Origin: Octopus bimaculoides
Taxonomy: Eukaryota
NCBI RefSeq assembly: GCF_001194135.2
Contig: NC_068988.1
Coordinates: 53,929,123 to 53,993,122, forward strand
Reading direction: 5' to 3'
DNA: 64,000 bases
Part shown: positions 36,150-48,439 of the stretch, piece after piece
How positions within the stretch are numbered: the stretch's first letter is position 1
Layout: each line of letters starts with the position of its first letter
Notes under the pieces: model-generated
What the model was told of the DNA's origin: nothing
What the model saw: the letters and a program-made list of their open reading frames with translations, nothing else
Databases searched by the model: none
Program-made: the position numbers and the translations under genes

Positions 36150-37305
36150 GAAGTGGAGTTGTAATTTGGTTCCCTATGGTAAAGTGTGTTGTTACACGTG
36201 GGTGAGACACAACTCTTCTAGCACTCAGTTTTGTGGACAGGTCTTCTCCAGAACCTCATATCACCAAACATCTTGGTCCATTGTCATTTCCTCTGTGAGC
36301 CCCAACATCCTAAGATTGGTCCTCATTACTTCATCCCATGTCTTCCTAGGTCTCCTTCTTCCACAGGTTCCATCCACTTTCAGTGACAAGCACTTCTGTA
36401 TACAACTGTCTTCACTCATGCATCACATGTCTAAACCAACACATTCTCCTCTCCTGCATTCCACATTTAATTACTCTTCTGCCTAACTTTTCTCTCAACT
36501 CAGTTGTGCTTTGTCAGTCATGCACACTGATGTTTAAATCCAACAGAGTATACTACCTTCATTCCTCTCCAGTCTACACATGTCCTACGCAGTCAGAGCC
36601 CATGTCTCACTACTAGGAAACATAGCCTTTCTCACACAAGCATCATACAATCCACCTTTCACTCTGAGAGAGAGTCTTTTTGCTGCCAACAGAGGTAGTA
36701 GTTCTCTGAACTTCTTTCATCCTATTCTTATTCTAGAAACAATACTTTCAGACTACCACCATCATCGATTTGGTCACCTAAATAGCAGAAGCTATCTACT
36801 ACCTCTAGAGAGCCTCCTGGGCATTTGAGAGAGTTTAAGTCCCTCATGCTCTTAGTACTTATTGTTCCTGTGTATCTGCTACACACGAAAGCAACCTTAT
36901 CTGGTAACCTACCCACAATTCCACTGCATCTCTTATGCATCCGTAACTTACATTTGGTGCAGCAAATGGAATTATGTCCCACTCCTTTCCTACACATTGA
37001 GCAGGGCCATTTACCAGCCAGAATGAGAATCTTATCTCCTTTCCCACTAACAACAACTCTAGTCCTCACTAAGTTAACTTTAAGGCCCTTTGATTCCAGG
37101 TTTTGCTTCCAAACCTGGAACTTCTCCAATTCTGCTTCAGATTCTGCGATAAGAACAAGATCATCAGCATATAATAGTTGCCATTGGCATCCAGTTTTGA
37201 ATCCATCTGTTATGGCCTGGAGAACTATGATGAATAAGAGGGGACTAAGAACTTACCTCTGGTGTACTCCAACTTGTACGCTCAATTCATCACTGTATTC
37301 ATAAG
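36150..37305 (-). mobile_element. Frameshifted RTE LINE fragment, RT C-half (YADD near 37160-37171) to the ORF end
   Basis: GVHQ..LSPLLFIIVLQAITDGFKTGCQWQLLYADDLVLIAESEAELEKFQVWKQNLESKGLKVN...KWPCSMC...VVDSFCYLGD. Confidence 0.9.
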
Positions 37306-37552
37306 GCTGGTTTCTTGATTTCTGTGGTACATATATTCCTTCCCTGGGATGTGACACCAGTCCATCTTAGGATTATTTGTTTTAACTAGCTAGACTGGAG
37401 CAACTTGAAATGAAGTATTTTGCTCAAGAACACACTGAATTATCCATCCCAGGAATTGAAACCACAATCTTATGATCATGAGTCCAACACCCTAACCACT
37501 AAGCCATGTGCTTCCCCACCCACACACTTATACATCATGTGTGACTATAATA

Positions 37553-38402
37553 GGCACAAGTATGGCTGTGCAGTAAGAAGTTTCTTCCTCAACCACATGG
37601 TTCCAGGTTCAGTCCCACTTCTATACCATTGGGCTAACCAAAGCTTTGTGAGGGGTTTTGGGTGGATGGGAACTAAGGAGGCTGTAGTATACACACACAC
37701 ACACACACACGCACTCATATATATAAATACATATGCACTTATATATACATGCATACACACACACATACATGTATGTATGTATGTATGCATGTATGTATGT
37801 ATGTATGTAGGTATGTATGAATTTATGTATGTATCTATGTGCTGTCTGTGTTAGTGTTTGTCCCCCAAGACTGCTTAACAACTGGTGTTGGTTTGTTTAC
37901 ATCCTGTAACTTAGGTGTTCGGCAAATGAGACCGATAGAATAAGTAGCAAGCTTTTAAAAGATATATGAAGTAAGTAGTGGGGGCGATATGTTTGACTGA
38001 AACCCCTTAAGGTGCTACCTCTGTATGGCTGCAGTAAAAGAAAGACATGTATATTCAAGCGTGGCTGTGCTGTAAGAAGTTTGCTTCTAAACCACACGGT
38101 TCCGGGTTCAGTCCCACTGCGTGAAGCTGAAAGAAGCCCATCATATATGTATGTATGTATGTATGTCTGTATGTATGTATGTATTATTGTGTCTGTGTTT
38201 GACCCCCTATCGCCGCTTGACAACCGACACTGGTGTGTTTACGTTCCCGTAACTTAATGAGTTGACAAAAGAGACCGATAGAATAAGTACTAGGTTTTAA
38301 AAAAACGTATTGGGGATCGTTTTATTCAACTACAAATTCTTCAAGGCAGTGCCCCAGTATGGCCGTAGTCAAATGGTAAACAAGTAAAAAGATAAAAAGA
38401 AA
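37553..38402 (+). mobile_element. Two tandem family B SINEs with expanded internal (TATG)n
   Basis: Heads at about 37553 and 38055; 3' tail ending near 38400. Further family B copies at 34385-34545 (+), 41686-42092, 47752-48145, 52100-52358, 58140-58860, 59815-60265 (-). Confidence 0.8.
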
Positions 38403-38745
38403 AAGAGAGACTGAAACGAGCCAGAACTGTCAATCTACTGCTGTGTCAAAGTGAAAACGACGTGCTAAACTCGAGGATTTCCCCCAAATGTATGTGTATC
38501 TTTATTTATATTATATATACGCATCAGACTTTTGATATCCATGAAGGATAAAATACATGAAGAAAAAGTTTTAAAAATCGGAGATAGACGCAATCACAAG
38601 TACAAGCGGTTTGCAATTTTAAAAATGTCGATTTCATGCACAAAACACTCGAAAATACAGTCGAAAAACAAGTGCAGATATTTTAATATAAGTTGAAAAT
38701 AGTTGCATTCACGACGAAATTGTTAAAATAATTAAAATATGCGAC

Positions 38746-38749
38746 AAAA
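38746..38749 (-). terminator. Pol III T4 terminator of the tRNA-Ile gene
   Basis: TTTT on the minus strand 6 nt downstream of the discriminator A. Confidence 0.6.
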
Positions 38750-38755
38750 TATCAG

Positions 38756-38864
38756 TGCCCCGGGTGAGGTTCGAACTCACAACCTCCGCATTCCTCATCC
38801 GTGACTCGCACGGCGAAGGTACTGTCTATAAGTACGGCGCGCTAACCGATTGTGCCACCGGGGC
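38756..38864 (-). tRNA. tRNA-Ile-TAT: tRNA-Ile(UAU) with a 35-nt canonical intron (38792-38826)
   Basis: Minus strand GCCCCGG TG GCAC AATCGGTTA GCGC G CCGTA CT TAT A [intron] A TGCGG AGGTT GTGAG TTCGAAC CTCAC CCGGGGC A. Full cloverleaf, intron after position 37, A/B boxes present. One D-stem mismatch (A12:C23). A compensatory anticodon-stem pair relative to the human tRNA-Ile-TAT sequence I recall. Confidence 0.93.
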
Positions 38865-39288
38865 AACCGTCAGCTGAGATTCTAAAAAATCATTATAAAT
38901 AGAGTAGACGGAAAACTGACTTTCGTGTTCTTCCGTTTTGCTTTTTATTTGAGTTATTTTTTCATTTTTTTCAGGTTTATGCCGCCCAGTACTTTTATAA
39001 TCATTTTTATTTGCTATTATTATCGGTATTAATACATTACTTCCGCATTTAGTGAATAAATGTTCGACTGTTGTTCTGAAAACGATTGTGTAGTCTTGTT
39101 TCACTCGGAGTCACGATGTCAGCTGTTAGATGTTTTGTTTTTTCTACAACTAAATTACACACACACACTAAACTAGTCGAATATGATCAATGATATTATT
39201 ATGTATTATTGGCGATTTTATACCGAGTAAGCATCAACCAGGGATCGAAAGTCTCAGCAATGAACGAAAGAAGAACAGAAAACAAATT

Positions 39289-39321
<33 letters not shown>

Positions 39322-42300
39322 TGTATGTATATGGAATATGGTTTCTTATTTAATTACAATGCATAAATAAAATTCTACAATAATTTTCGTTTTGACGTTC
39401 TGTCCAAATGTCTGTTGGATAATCCTAAAAGATTATCGAGCGATTCTGATCAGAGCCAAATATCCATGGTACAACAGCGTCAACAAGACTCATTAATGCA
39501 CATTGGTAATCCTCTTCGTAAAATCATTTCCAAGTTGAACTCGTTTAAGAGACATTCTCAAAGTTTTTAATAAACGCATAAATAATAGAAACCCATCAAT
39601 ATAACACAAAAAAAACAGAGCATTTCACTTTGAAACACAATCTAGAAATTCCTACTCGTCCATTGAATCTTATGCTTGTTTGTTATCGCTGTGTACGATA
39701 ATCATTTTAATTGGCATTCGCAAATATCATTCAATCAACTACCTCATGTAAATCCCTATTTTGTAAATCGGTGTCTTTTATAAGTATTTTAAAAAATTAA
39801 GTACTTCATGCATATATATTTCGTAGTTATTTTGTTTCGGTCATAAGAATAAGATCCACAAAAAGTCTTTGACACTTATCAAGCAAATTTAGCCTTTGTC
39901 ACGGACTCTCCGACCATAAATGTTTTATTCCCTGCTTTATTTAATTTATAGATTGTAATCTGTAGTAATTTTACAATCGAAATAAATGTACAGAATTGAG
40001 AAATTGGAGCAGATTCCAACAGGCTCATCGAACCGTTTGAATTAATGCCCCAAATAAGAAAAGAAAAAGAAGAAAAGCACCCCGTCACTAGTTTTACCCC
40101 CACTGTAAATTTGAAGTTGGTGTTTCCGTAAAAAAAATTAATAAACTAGAATTATTTCATTTTAAAGACAAACAATCTCATTTCGGTATCTCCCTAAAGC
40201 TACGATCATATGCACCGACCCAACAGACTCATACGTCCAACCAACATATAAAAAGGAAGGATAATATACTGCGGTTTTTTTTTCTTGTTATAAAATTCAC
40301 AAAGAGTGTGATGCTTTGCTGCAAATTTTGGTCTTTATCACGAACTATACCATAAATATTTTCTTTTCTTTTTGTCTGTTTATATACATTTGTAAACTGG
40401 TAAAATTTTGCGGCTGAAATTTAATTGACTAATTAATTCTATAGATATACTTTGCTCGACAATTATAGCTGGATCTTCTATGATCAACAGGATCCTAAAC
40501 GACAACACCAACATCAACATCAAAACCAGAACGACACACACCCACACAAACCGATTGACCTCCATCTGCTATATATATACTCTTACTATACACATACACA
40601 CACATAAAAAGTAAAAAGTACAAGTGCGCGCACACACAGACACACCTACACAGAGAGAAACCATTTCATAAGCACAGTCGGCGATTTGTGCCAATAGACA
40701 AGAAGCTATGTACACAGCATAACTTTCTGGCTGACTGCCTGTCAAATCCTAAATGCCGCTCTAGCGACATCAGATACCATCTACAAACATTATGCAACGA
40801 TATCGAGATTTTTCCTAGTTAATTATCCCCCTTGCACTGTTGGCACTGTCGTTGCTGTGTGTGTGTGTGTGTGCGTGTTTGTGTGTGCGTATGTGTGTGT
40901 GTGCGTGTGCGTGTCTTTGTGGGATTTTTTTTATTATTATTTATTTAATAGGGAAATCACCATGAATATATGGGAAGCATGCAAGCCGTATCTGTACTAG
41001 CAAAGAGCGTGGGAGCCGCTCGAGACAACGAAGCCTGACATTCAACATGCTAAAAATAAAGAAGTCAATATGACGTTCAACGTACTAAAAATAGCAGTCA
41101 AATTCCCTTAGATAACGTTTTTGTTTTTTTAATTGGAGATGAGTTTTGTTGTGTTCATGGCTTTCGTAGGCCGGTGACGTTGACGCAGATGACATTCGTC
41201 GTCAAGGGAACATATTAGACTATGTAGTCCACGGCATAGATGATGGTTAAGGGTCGTGGGTGAAACTCGAGGATAGTCAGGAGTTAAAAACAACGATAGA
41301 ATTCATTCTGAGTTCAAATCTCGCCAACGTCCTTTACACAAATTCTTATTGTTATTATTTTACTCGTTTCAGTCATTGGATGGCGGCCATGCCCGGGAAC
41401 TGCCTTCGGCGAACAAATCGATCTCAGCGCTTATCTTAAATAGCTGGTACTATGTATAATAATATTCTTACCACCACTTTTGTCAGACCACTAGGTTATG
41501 GGGGAGTGGGGAAACAAACTAATACAAATTGTCATTCGGTGGCCGAGTAGAAAGAAACATCGAGTGACGGGGTGGGGAAAAAAACTGACGGGGTGGAAAC
41601 AAATATGCGCGCACATGCACGCACACACACACACGAATATTTTTGTCTTCATAGCTGAGGGTCAGAGGCCATCCATAGATACTCTCTTTACTCTTTTACT
41701 CTTTTACTCGTTTCAGTCTTTTGACTGCGGCCATGATGGAGCACCGCCTTTAGTCAAGCAAATCGACCCCATGACTTATTCTTTGTAAGCCTAGTACTTA
41801 TTCTATCGGTCTCTTTTGCCGAACTGCTAAGTTACGGGGACATAAACACACCAGCATCGGTTGTCAAGCAATGCTAGGGGGACAAATACAGACACACAAA
41901 CATATACACATGCATACACACATACATATATACGACGGGCTTCTTTCAGTTTCTGTCTACCAAATCCACTCACAAGGCTTTGGTCGGCCCGAGACTATAA
42001 TAGAAGACACTTGCCTAAGGTGCCACGCAGTGGGACTGAACCCAGAGCCATGTGGTAGGTAAGCAAGCTACTTACCACATAACCACTCTTGTGGCTATAC
42101 GTCAACTTTTATGTTATTTGTTGTGTCTTTGTGCTCTTTTCCATAGGAATAGAGTTGGTGGACCCTAAGTACTCTTTTGTGCCAATTTACTTTCAGGGTA
42201 GACTCCTTTAGCATTTGTCCCCTTCCAGGCAGCAAGGACTTATAGTTGGAGTTGTCCATTTCCAAATCTGGCTGCCTTTCAAGACTGCTGTAATCAAACG

Positions 42301-42757
42301 ATGTTTGATCACCAACATCATGCCCCTATTACTTAGAAAATTTTCACTGCACAACCCCAAATACTTGTCCAGTTATACTGCCAGTGTAGCTTTGGACACA
42401 ATAATGAGTTCTAAAGACATGTTTTAAAAATTTGTATGTATTTATTTTATTATAAATGCAAAACAACACCACAGAGGAATTGACGTAAGTTTAAATAATA
42501 AACTTAGGTGAACTGCGATATGGCGCAGAGCTACTGTATATATATTGGTAATGGATTGACAAAAATTATCAGAGTTCAAATCCTGCTGTGGTCAACTTTG
42601 TCTTTCATCCTTTCAGGGTTCATGAATAAAATACCAGTTCTAGAACAGCATTCTGCTCCAATAATATTGATGCCAAGCTGTGTCAGTCTTGTTTGTCCAA
42701 AGACAGCATCAGTGTCATATAGCAATAAGTTTAACGTGCATAGGCAACTACAAGTCT

Positions 42758-42789
<32 letters not shown>

Positions 42790-42811
42790 TCTTTATCTCT
42801 CTCTCTCTCTC

Positions 42812-42885
<74 letters not shown>

Positions 42886-42893
42886 CACACACA
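42758..42893. repeat. (CT)n(CA)n microsatellite
   Basis: Direct observation. Confidence 0.9.
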
Positions 42894-43599
42894 CAAATGG
42901 TAGGCTTCAGTTTCCATCTATCAAATTCAATCACAAGGCATTGTTTGGCTTGGATCTATGGTAGAAATGGTGTCATACAGTAGGATTGAACCCAAAAACC
43001 ACAGGGCTGCAAAGCAAATTTCTTAACCACACAATCATGCCTGCACCTAAATGAAGGCTTGTTTGTCCATCTACATGCTCTATGTATTGTAATTAGGTAT
43101 GAGTGTAACTATGTTTGCATATATGTTCTCTCCCAACCTTTCTGCTTTTTTACTCCTGTCCATAAACTGTCAATTCATTTCTCTTCCCAACAAACCTTTT
43201 AATTTTTCATCATGATTAGCAGTTTAGCAAAAAGAGGTTGATAGAAAAGTGGCGAGCTGACAGAAATGTTAGCATGCTGGGCGAAATGCCTAGCAGTATT
43301 TCGTCTGTCTTTACATTCTGAGTTCAAATTCCGCCAAGGTCAAAATTGCCTTTCATCCTTTCAGGGTCGATAAATTAAGTACCAGTTGTGTACTGGGGTC
43401 AATCTAATCAACTGGGCCCCTCCCCCCAAATTTCTGGCCTTGTGCCTAGAGTAGAAAAGAAAAAGAGATTTATTGAATGAGTATTAAGCTTAGAAAAAAT
43501 GAAAAGTACTAGAATCAATTTGTTTGAGATGTGGTCATTTGTTGTACTTGATTAGACATGTCAAGCTAAGTAAAATTGCTCTCTTCTACACATACAGGC

Positions 43600-44025
43600 T
43601 GTAGCAAGGCAGAAGAAGCCAGCGCTATTTTGTATGAGATGTCGCTGGTAGCCATTACCATGTTCGAGACAGAAGCAAGATCTTGCCTGCAACCATTTGC
43701 CATGTGCGAGACAACAGCGAGACTCTTGTTGGTAACGACTATTAAAGCAGGAGAATTAAGACATTCTCTCTCTTTCTTCCTTCTCACTTACACTGAGAAA
43801 CACTATGAAGCTGGTAGCTCACAGCGGACTATAATCCCGCTCTAACTTCATCTGTTTTCTCCAGAGGTAACGAACCTCACGTAAACGGAGCTATAATGAA
43901 CCACGCTCTACCATAAAGATGGTCATTGGGAGCGAGCCACATGAACAAGAACTAAAAATAAAAGACTATTGAATTGCACTCCACTTGTAAACTTCTTCTT
44001 TGTGTTCCAGATCCTTAAGACTACA
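43600..44025 (+). mobile_element. Possible solo LTR
   Basis: TGTAG...CTACA inverted termini, an AATAAA about 65 nt before the 3' end, an internal ~41-bp tandem duplication, CpG-rich relative to flanks. No target-site duplication seen. Confidence 0.4.
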
Positions 44026-44689
44026 GAAATAATTGTAATGGGAGAAGGAGATACTCCACAGGTATCACAAGCCTTCAGTTCCATTATAAGGCTTTTCCTT
44101 TCAGGTGCTGTGTAAATGCATCTGTGCCGGTGGCACATAAAATGCATCCATCACTCTCTGTTCTATGGCATTAGGAAGGGCATCCAGTCATAGAAACCAT
44201 GCCACAACAGATAATTGGAGTCTGGACAGCTTCCTGCTAGCCAGCTCCATGTCAAACTGTCCAACCCATGCCAGCATGGAAAGCAGACGTTAAACGATGA
44301 TGATGAGGATGATTGTATTTATTGTGTATTTAATTACCTTCCACTCCACACAATATTTATGTCTGTCACCTTAACTGTCACTTTTTATGTAACTATCCAC
44401 CTTCCTCTTCAACTTTCTGATTCTTCATCTTTTCTTACCTCATACCTTTCATTTTTCACCTTTTACCATTACCCCATCTCTTGTTTAAATTCTCCTTCTT
44501 AAGCGAATATTCCTTTCCATTCAGTTTTTGCTTTGTTTCCTTAATCTTAGCCAAGAGGCCAAGTGATGAGGAAAAGTTATATTCTACACATCTCATAACA
44601 AATAAACTTTACCAATATTCCAAACTCTATGTCTACTCCATATCAACTATTTTGCATAAGATTATGGATTTTACCTTATTTTGGTGAGG

Positions 44690-45150
44690 AGGGTAATTGT
44701 TGGACACCCTGCAGGACGAAAAATAAGACCCGTCAAAGGGCAGAAGAACTACTGTGTAGCCAACGGCCAATTCAACAAGTACCTTGTCACAGAGGGATGC
44801 CTGTGTGCTCCATTGACCTGGAGAGCTATGGTGGAGGGAGAGAAATCTTCAGGCAGTTCTTACCAGGCCAGACAGGTTGAAGGGTAGGAGACAGACAAAA
44901 CCTTAACGACAATAAACCGAAGCGTCGGCAGCTGGGCATGGAATTAGTTATTGGCAGGACCTAACAGATCAGATTCCTGGCTTTGAACTAGCAGGATGTT
45001 ATGCAGAGGATCTTGAATACAAGGCAATGAATGAGACCCTAATATTCCTAGTTAGATGGAAACTGCGGGACCACATGGAGCAGTGCCCTGTGACTCCTAT
45101 AGTATGCGCAAACAAAACCCCTATGGGGGCATCCTATGGGATGACCTAGA
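44690..45150 (+). mobile_element. GC-rich repeat resembling an RTE-type 5'UTR (possibly a bipartite non-autonomous element)
   Basis: ggacaccctgcagg...gacccgtcaaagggcag and gacctggagagctatg...ccagacagg..aagggtaggag.cagacaaa resemble RTE 5' ends as I recall them. Confidence 0.35.
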
Positions 45151-47029
45151 TGAGATAATATATTGGCTTCAAATTTTGGCACATGGCCAGCAGTTTTGAG
45201 GGAGCGGGTAAGTTGATTACATCAACTCCAGTGCTCAATGGGTACTTATTTAGTTGACCCTGGAAAATGAAAGGCAAAATTGACCTCAGTGGAATATGAA
45301 CTGAGAATATACAGATGGACAAAATGCTGCTAAACATTTTACCTGATGTGTTACCGATTCTGCCAGCTTGCTGTTTTATTTTAATGTTACTAGGTCTTCA
45401 TAATGAAGCATCATAGAAATATGAATGATTGATTATTGGTATTCTTTTTTTCAAAAGTTCTATGTTTTTAACAATAGAAGTTACAATTTTGGGAAAAACA
45501 AGAATAAAACCAAACAAAACAAAAAGCAGCTTTTCCATTTTAAATTCCCCCTCCCTCAATTTAAACATTTTCAATATTTTTGGTAGTGGTGGCGGAAGGG
45601 TTGGCAGGGAAGATTCCATGTTGTGAACTTTGGTTTTAGGTGCATGTATATGCAGGATTGGAAATGAAAGTGTTTACAATTCTGGGGAAAAAAAAGGTAA
45701 GTGTAGGAATAACTATTACTACCTCATGGGGAAAGAAAAGGGCTGGAGATTGGGAGGTATAAATATTTTAAAAAATTGAAATTTTAAGAAAAAAAAGAAA
45801 GGATCCTTTCAGAATTATAATTTCTGTTGCAAAAAGAATAAAGACCTCCTTTGGTCATGAATGACCATGGGATTGCACCTAAAATGTTACCCTCCGAGAC
45901 ACAAGTCTGGACATACCAGTCTTCCCTCTCACCCCACTGATGTTATCCAAAGGAAAGGCAAAAGCCAATACAGTTTGGCACTAAGTGACTTTGCAACTAA
46001 TTTCTACAGCTAAGTGAACTGGAGCAATGTAAAAAATAAAGTGTCTTGTACAAGAACATAACACACAGCCCAGTCCAGAAATAGAACTCACTACCTCATG
46101 ATTGTGAGTTCGATACTTGGAACAATGAAATATTAAAAAATAAATGAAAAAAAAAACCCAAACTCCCAATTCCTTTTCCATCCTCATAAGGTAGTGATAG
46201 CGATAATCTTTGGTTTAAAGTGTATAAGATCACCTTGAGAGCTGTTCCAAAACTGCACCAAATAATTTTCAAAATTTCAGTTTTTTTTTCTCCAAAATAT
46301 CAATGCTGGCCAATTGATTACAATAATTCTTCATTTTCATTCTGTGATCATAAACTGAAAGAATGACTTGGTTATCTAATTAAGTGACAAAGACAATTGT
46401 TCTAATGACAAAAATGGTGAAACATATAAAATGTACCTTCAGTTGCAAATGAACAGGTTTTACATAATTCGGAAAATTTGTTGCCTGATAATTGCCAAAT
46501 AATATTTTTCTATTTAAAAAAAAAAAAAAGAATTTGAAAAACTAAAAGAAAATAAACGATGGATTTGAAACATCAAAATAAAATGTTTACATTTTCTTTT
46601 TTCCCTGAATAGCAAAAGCAATGTCACCATATGTGGACTTGAAAAAAAGTTCAGCAAGCTTTACTTGAAGGAAAATAAAAAAAAAGAAATATTTGGAAGC
46701 AAATTCTCATACAAATATTGTAAATATCTTAAACACACACACAAAAAAACAAACAAACAAAAGAAATGGTAACTCTTTATTACACCTTTTAATAAAATCA
46801 ATGGCAAAGAAATCGAACTAACTCGCCAGGCTTTTTTTAACATTGAAATCGACTAATGTCGTCAGCTTTGAAAGAAAATGTAGAACTTCAAATTTTCTTT
46901 TTGAAGAATGGTGTACATTTATGTAACAGCATTCAAGATTTTCTGCAATGAGACTTTCAAAATATATTATCATATCAGTCAGAACTTAAAATTTCAGCAG
47001 CGTTATCAAGAACAAATATATATGTATAT

Positions 47030-47620
47030 CATCATCATCATCATCATCGTTTAACGTCCACTTTCCATTCTGGCATGGGCTGGATGGTTTGACTGAGGAC
47101 TGGCAAGCCAGGAAGCTGTACCAGGCTCCAATCTGATCTGGCAAGATTTCTACAGCTGGATGCCCTTCCTAATGCCAACCATTCCAAGAGTGTAGTGGGT
47201 GCTTTTTATGTGCTGCTGGCACGGGGTCCAGTCAGGTGGAACTGGCATTGACCACACTTGAACGGGTCATTTTACATGCCACTGGCATGGGAGCCAGTCA
47301 GGTGGCACTGGCATTGACTATGCTCAAATGGTGCTTTTTATGTGCCACCAGCATGGGTGCCAGTCAAGCGGTACTGGCATTGGCCATGACAATGATTTCA
47401 CTTGACTCAACATATTGCTCAATGATTGAAGGGCACCCTTAAATGGGCCGGTTATGTGACACTGGCAATGGCCACGGTTATGATCTCACTTGGTTTGTTG
47501 GGTCTTCTCAAGCACAGCATATCTCCAAAAGTCTTGGTCACTTGTCATTGCCTCTGTGAGGTCCAACATTCGAAGGTCTTGCTTCACATCCTCATCCCCG
47601 GACTTCCCAGGTCTACCTCT
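47030..47620 (-). mobile_element. RTE 3' fragment (C-terminus + 3'UTR + (GAT)n)
   Basis: Family C 3'UTR on the minus strand, preceded by a RGRPGKSG-like coding remnant at about 47580-47625. Confidence 0.7.
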
Positions 47621-47660
47621 TCCACAGGTTTTCCCCACTGTTAGGGTGTGACACTTCTTC

Positions 47661-47691
<31 letters not shown>

Positions 47692-48439
47692 AGTTTGGTG
47701 ATACAAACAGGAAAAATAGAACTCAATATATGAGTATATATCATTACTTTTTTTAATCTTTTTACTTGTTTCATTCATTTGATTGAGGTGGCCATGCTGG
47801 AGCCCACCTTGAAGGGTGTTGGTTGAATGAATTGACCCCAGGATTTATTTTTAAAGCCTGGTACTCATCTTATCAGTCACTTTTGCCAAACCACTAAGTT
47901 ATGGGGATGTAAACACACCAACAATGGTTGTCAAGCAGTCATCGTGGTGGGGGTACAAACACAGCACAAAGACACACACAAACACAGATATAGACATATA
48001 TATGACAAGCTTCTTTCAGTTTCTATCTACCAAATCCACTCACAAGGCTTTGGTTGGCCTGAGGACACTTGCCCAAGGTGAAACACAGTGGAACTGAACC
48101 CAAAATCCTGTGATTGGGAAGCAAGCTTCTTACCATGCAACCATGATGCAATAGTGACTCAGGGGCTGAGATTTACTTACCTTTTCCTAATTTCATGAAC
48201 TCACATGTTTAAATGAGGTCTCGTTCAGCATCCAGGGTACTAGTATAATTTCGTACTTCAACTGATTCACTTTCCATTTGATGCCCAACAAATTGTTGAT
48301 GAAGTTTTATTAATTATAAAGAAATCTATACTAATTCAATTATTCTTCTTTAATAATGTGTTATGATTTGATACAATTAGAAGCAATAAAACCTGAAAAT
48401 ATTCAAAAATTCAAGTGCTATGATGAATGCTGTTGGTGC

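Larger units (their letters stand above)
38400..41650. promoter_or_regulatory. CpG-retaining island (putative unmethylated regulatory region) around and beyond the tRNA gene
   Basis: By eye roughly 40-50 CpG in 38400-39300, versus only scattered CpG per kb in the RAR introns. Mostly non-repetitive. Includes CRE-like TGACG(T) clusters near 41175-41205. Confidence 0.5.

Noticed and set aside
37161-37167. Other CUGANGA matches (YADD codons here; also near 9247, 15863, 26210, 32455, 55095)
   Set aside because: No in-register stem II and GAAA or stem I, so they are not hammerheads.
38476-38491. U1 snRNA-like 16-mer GATTTCCCCCAAATGT
   Set aside because: No 5' ATACTTACCTG, no Sm site and no flanking U1 similarity.
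44690-44910. HDV-like ribozyme at the RTE-like 5' end
   Set aside because: Could not identify P1/P3/L3/P1.1 in register by eye.
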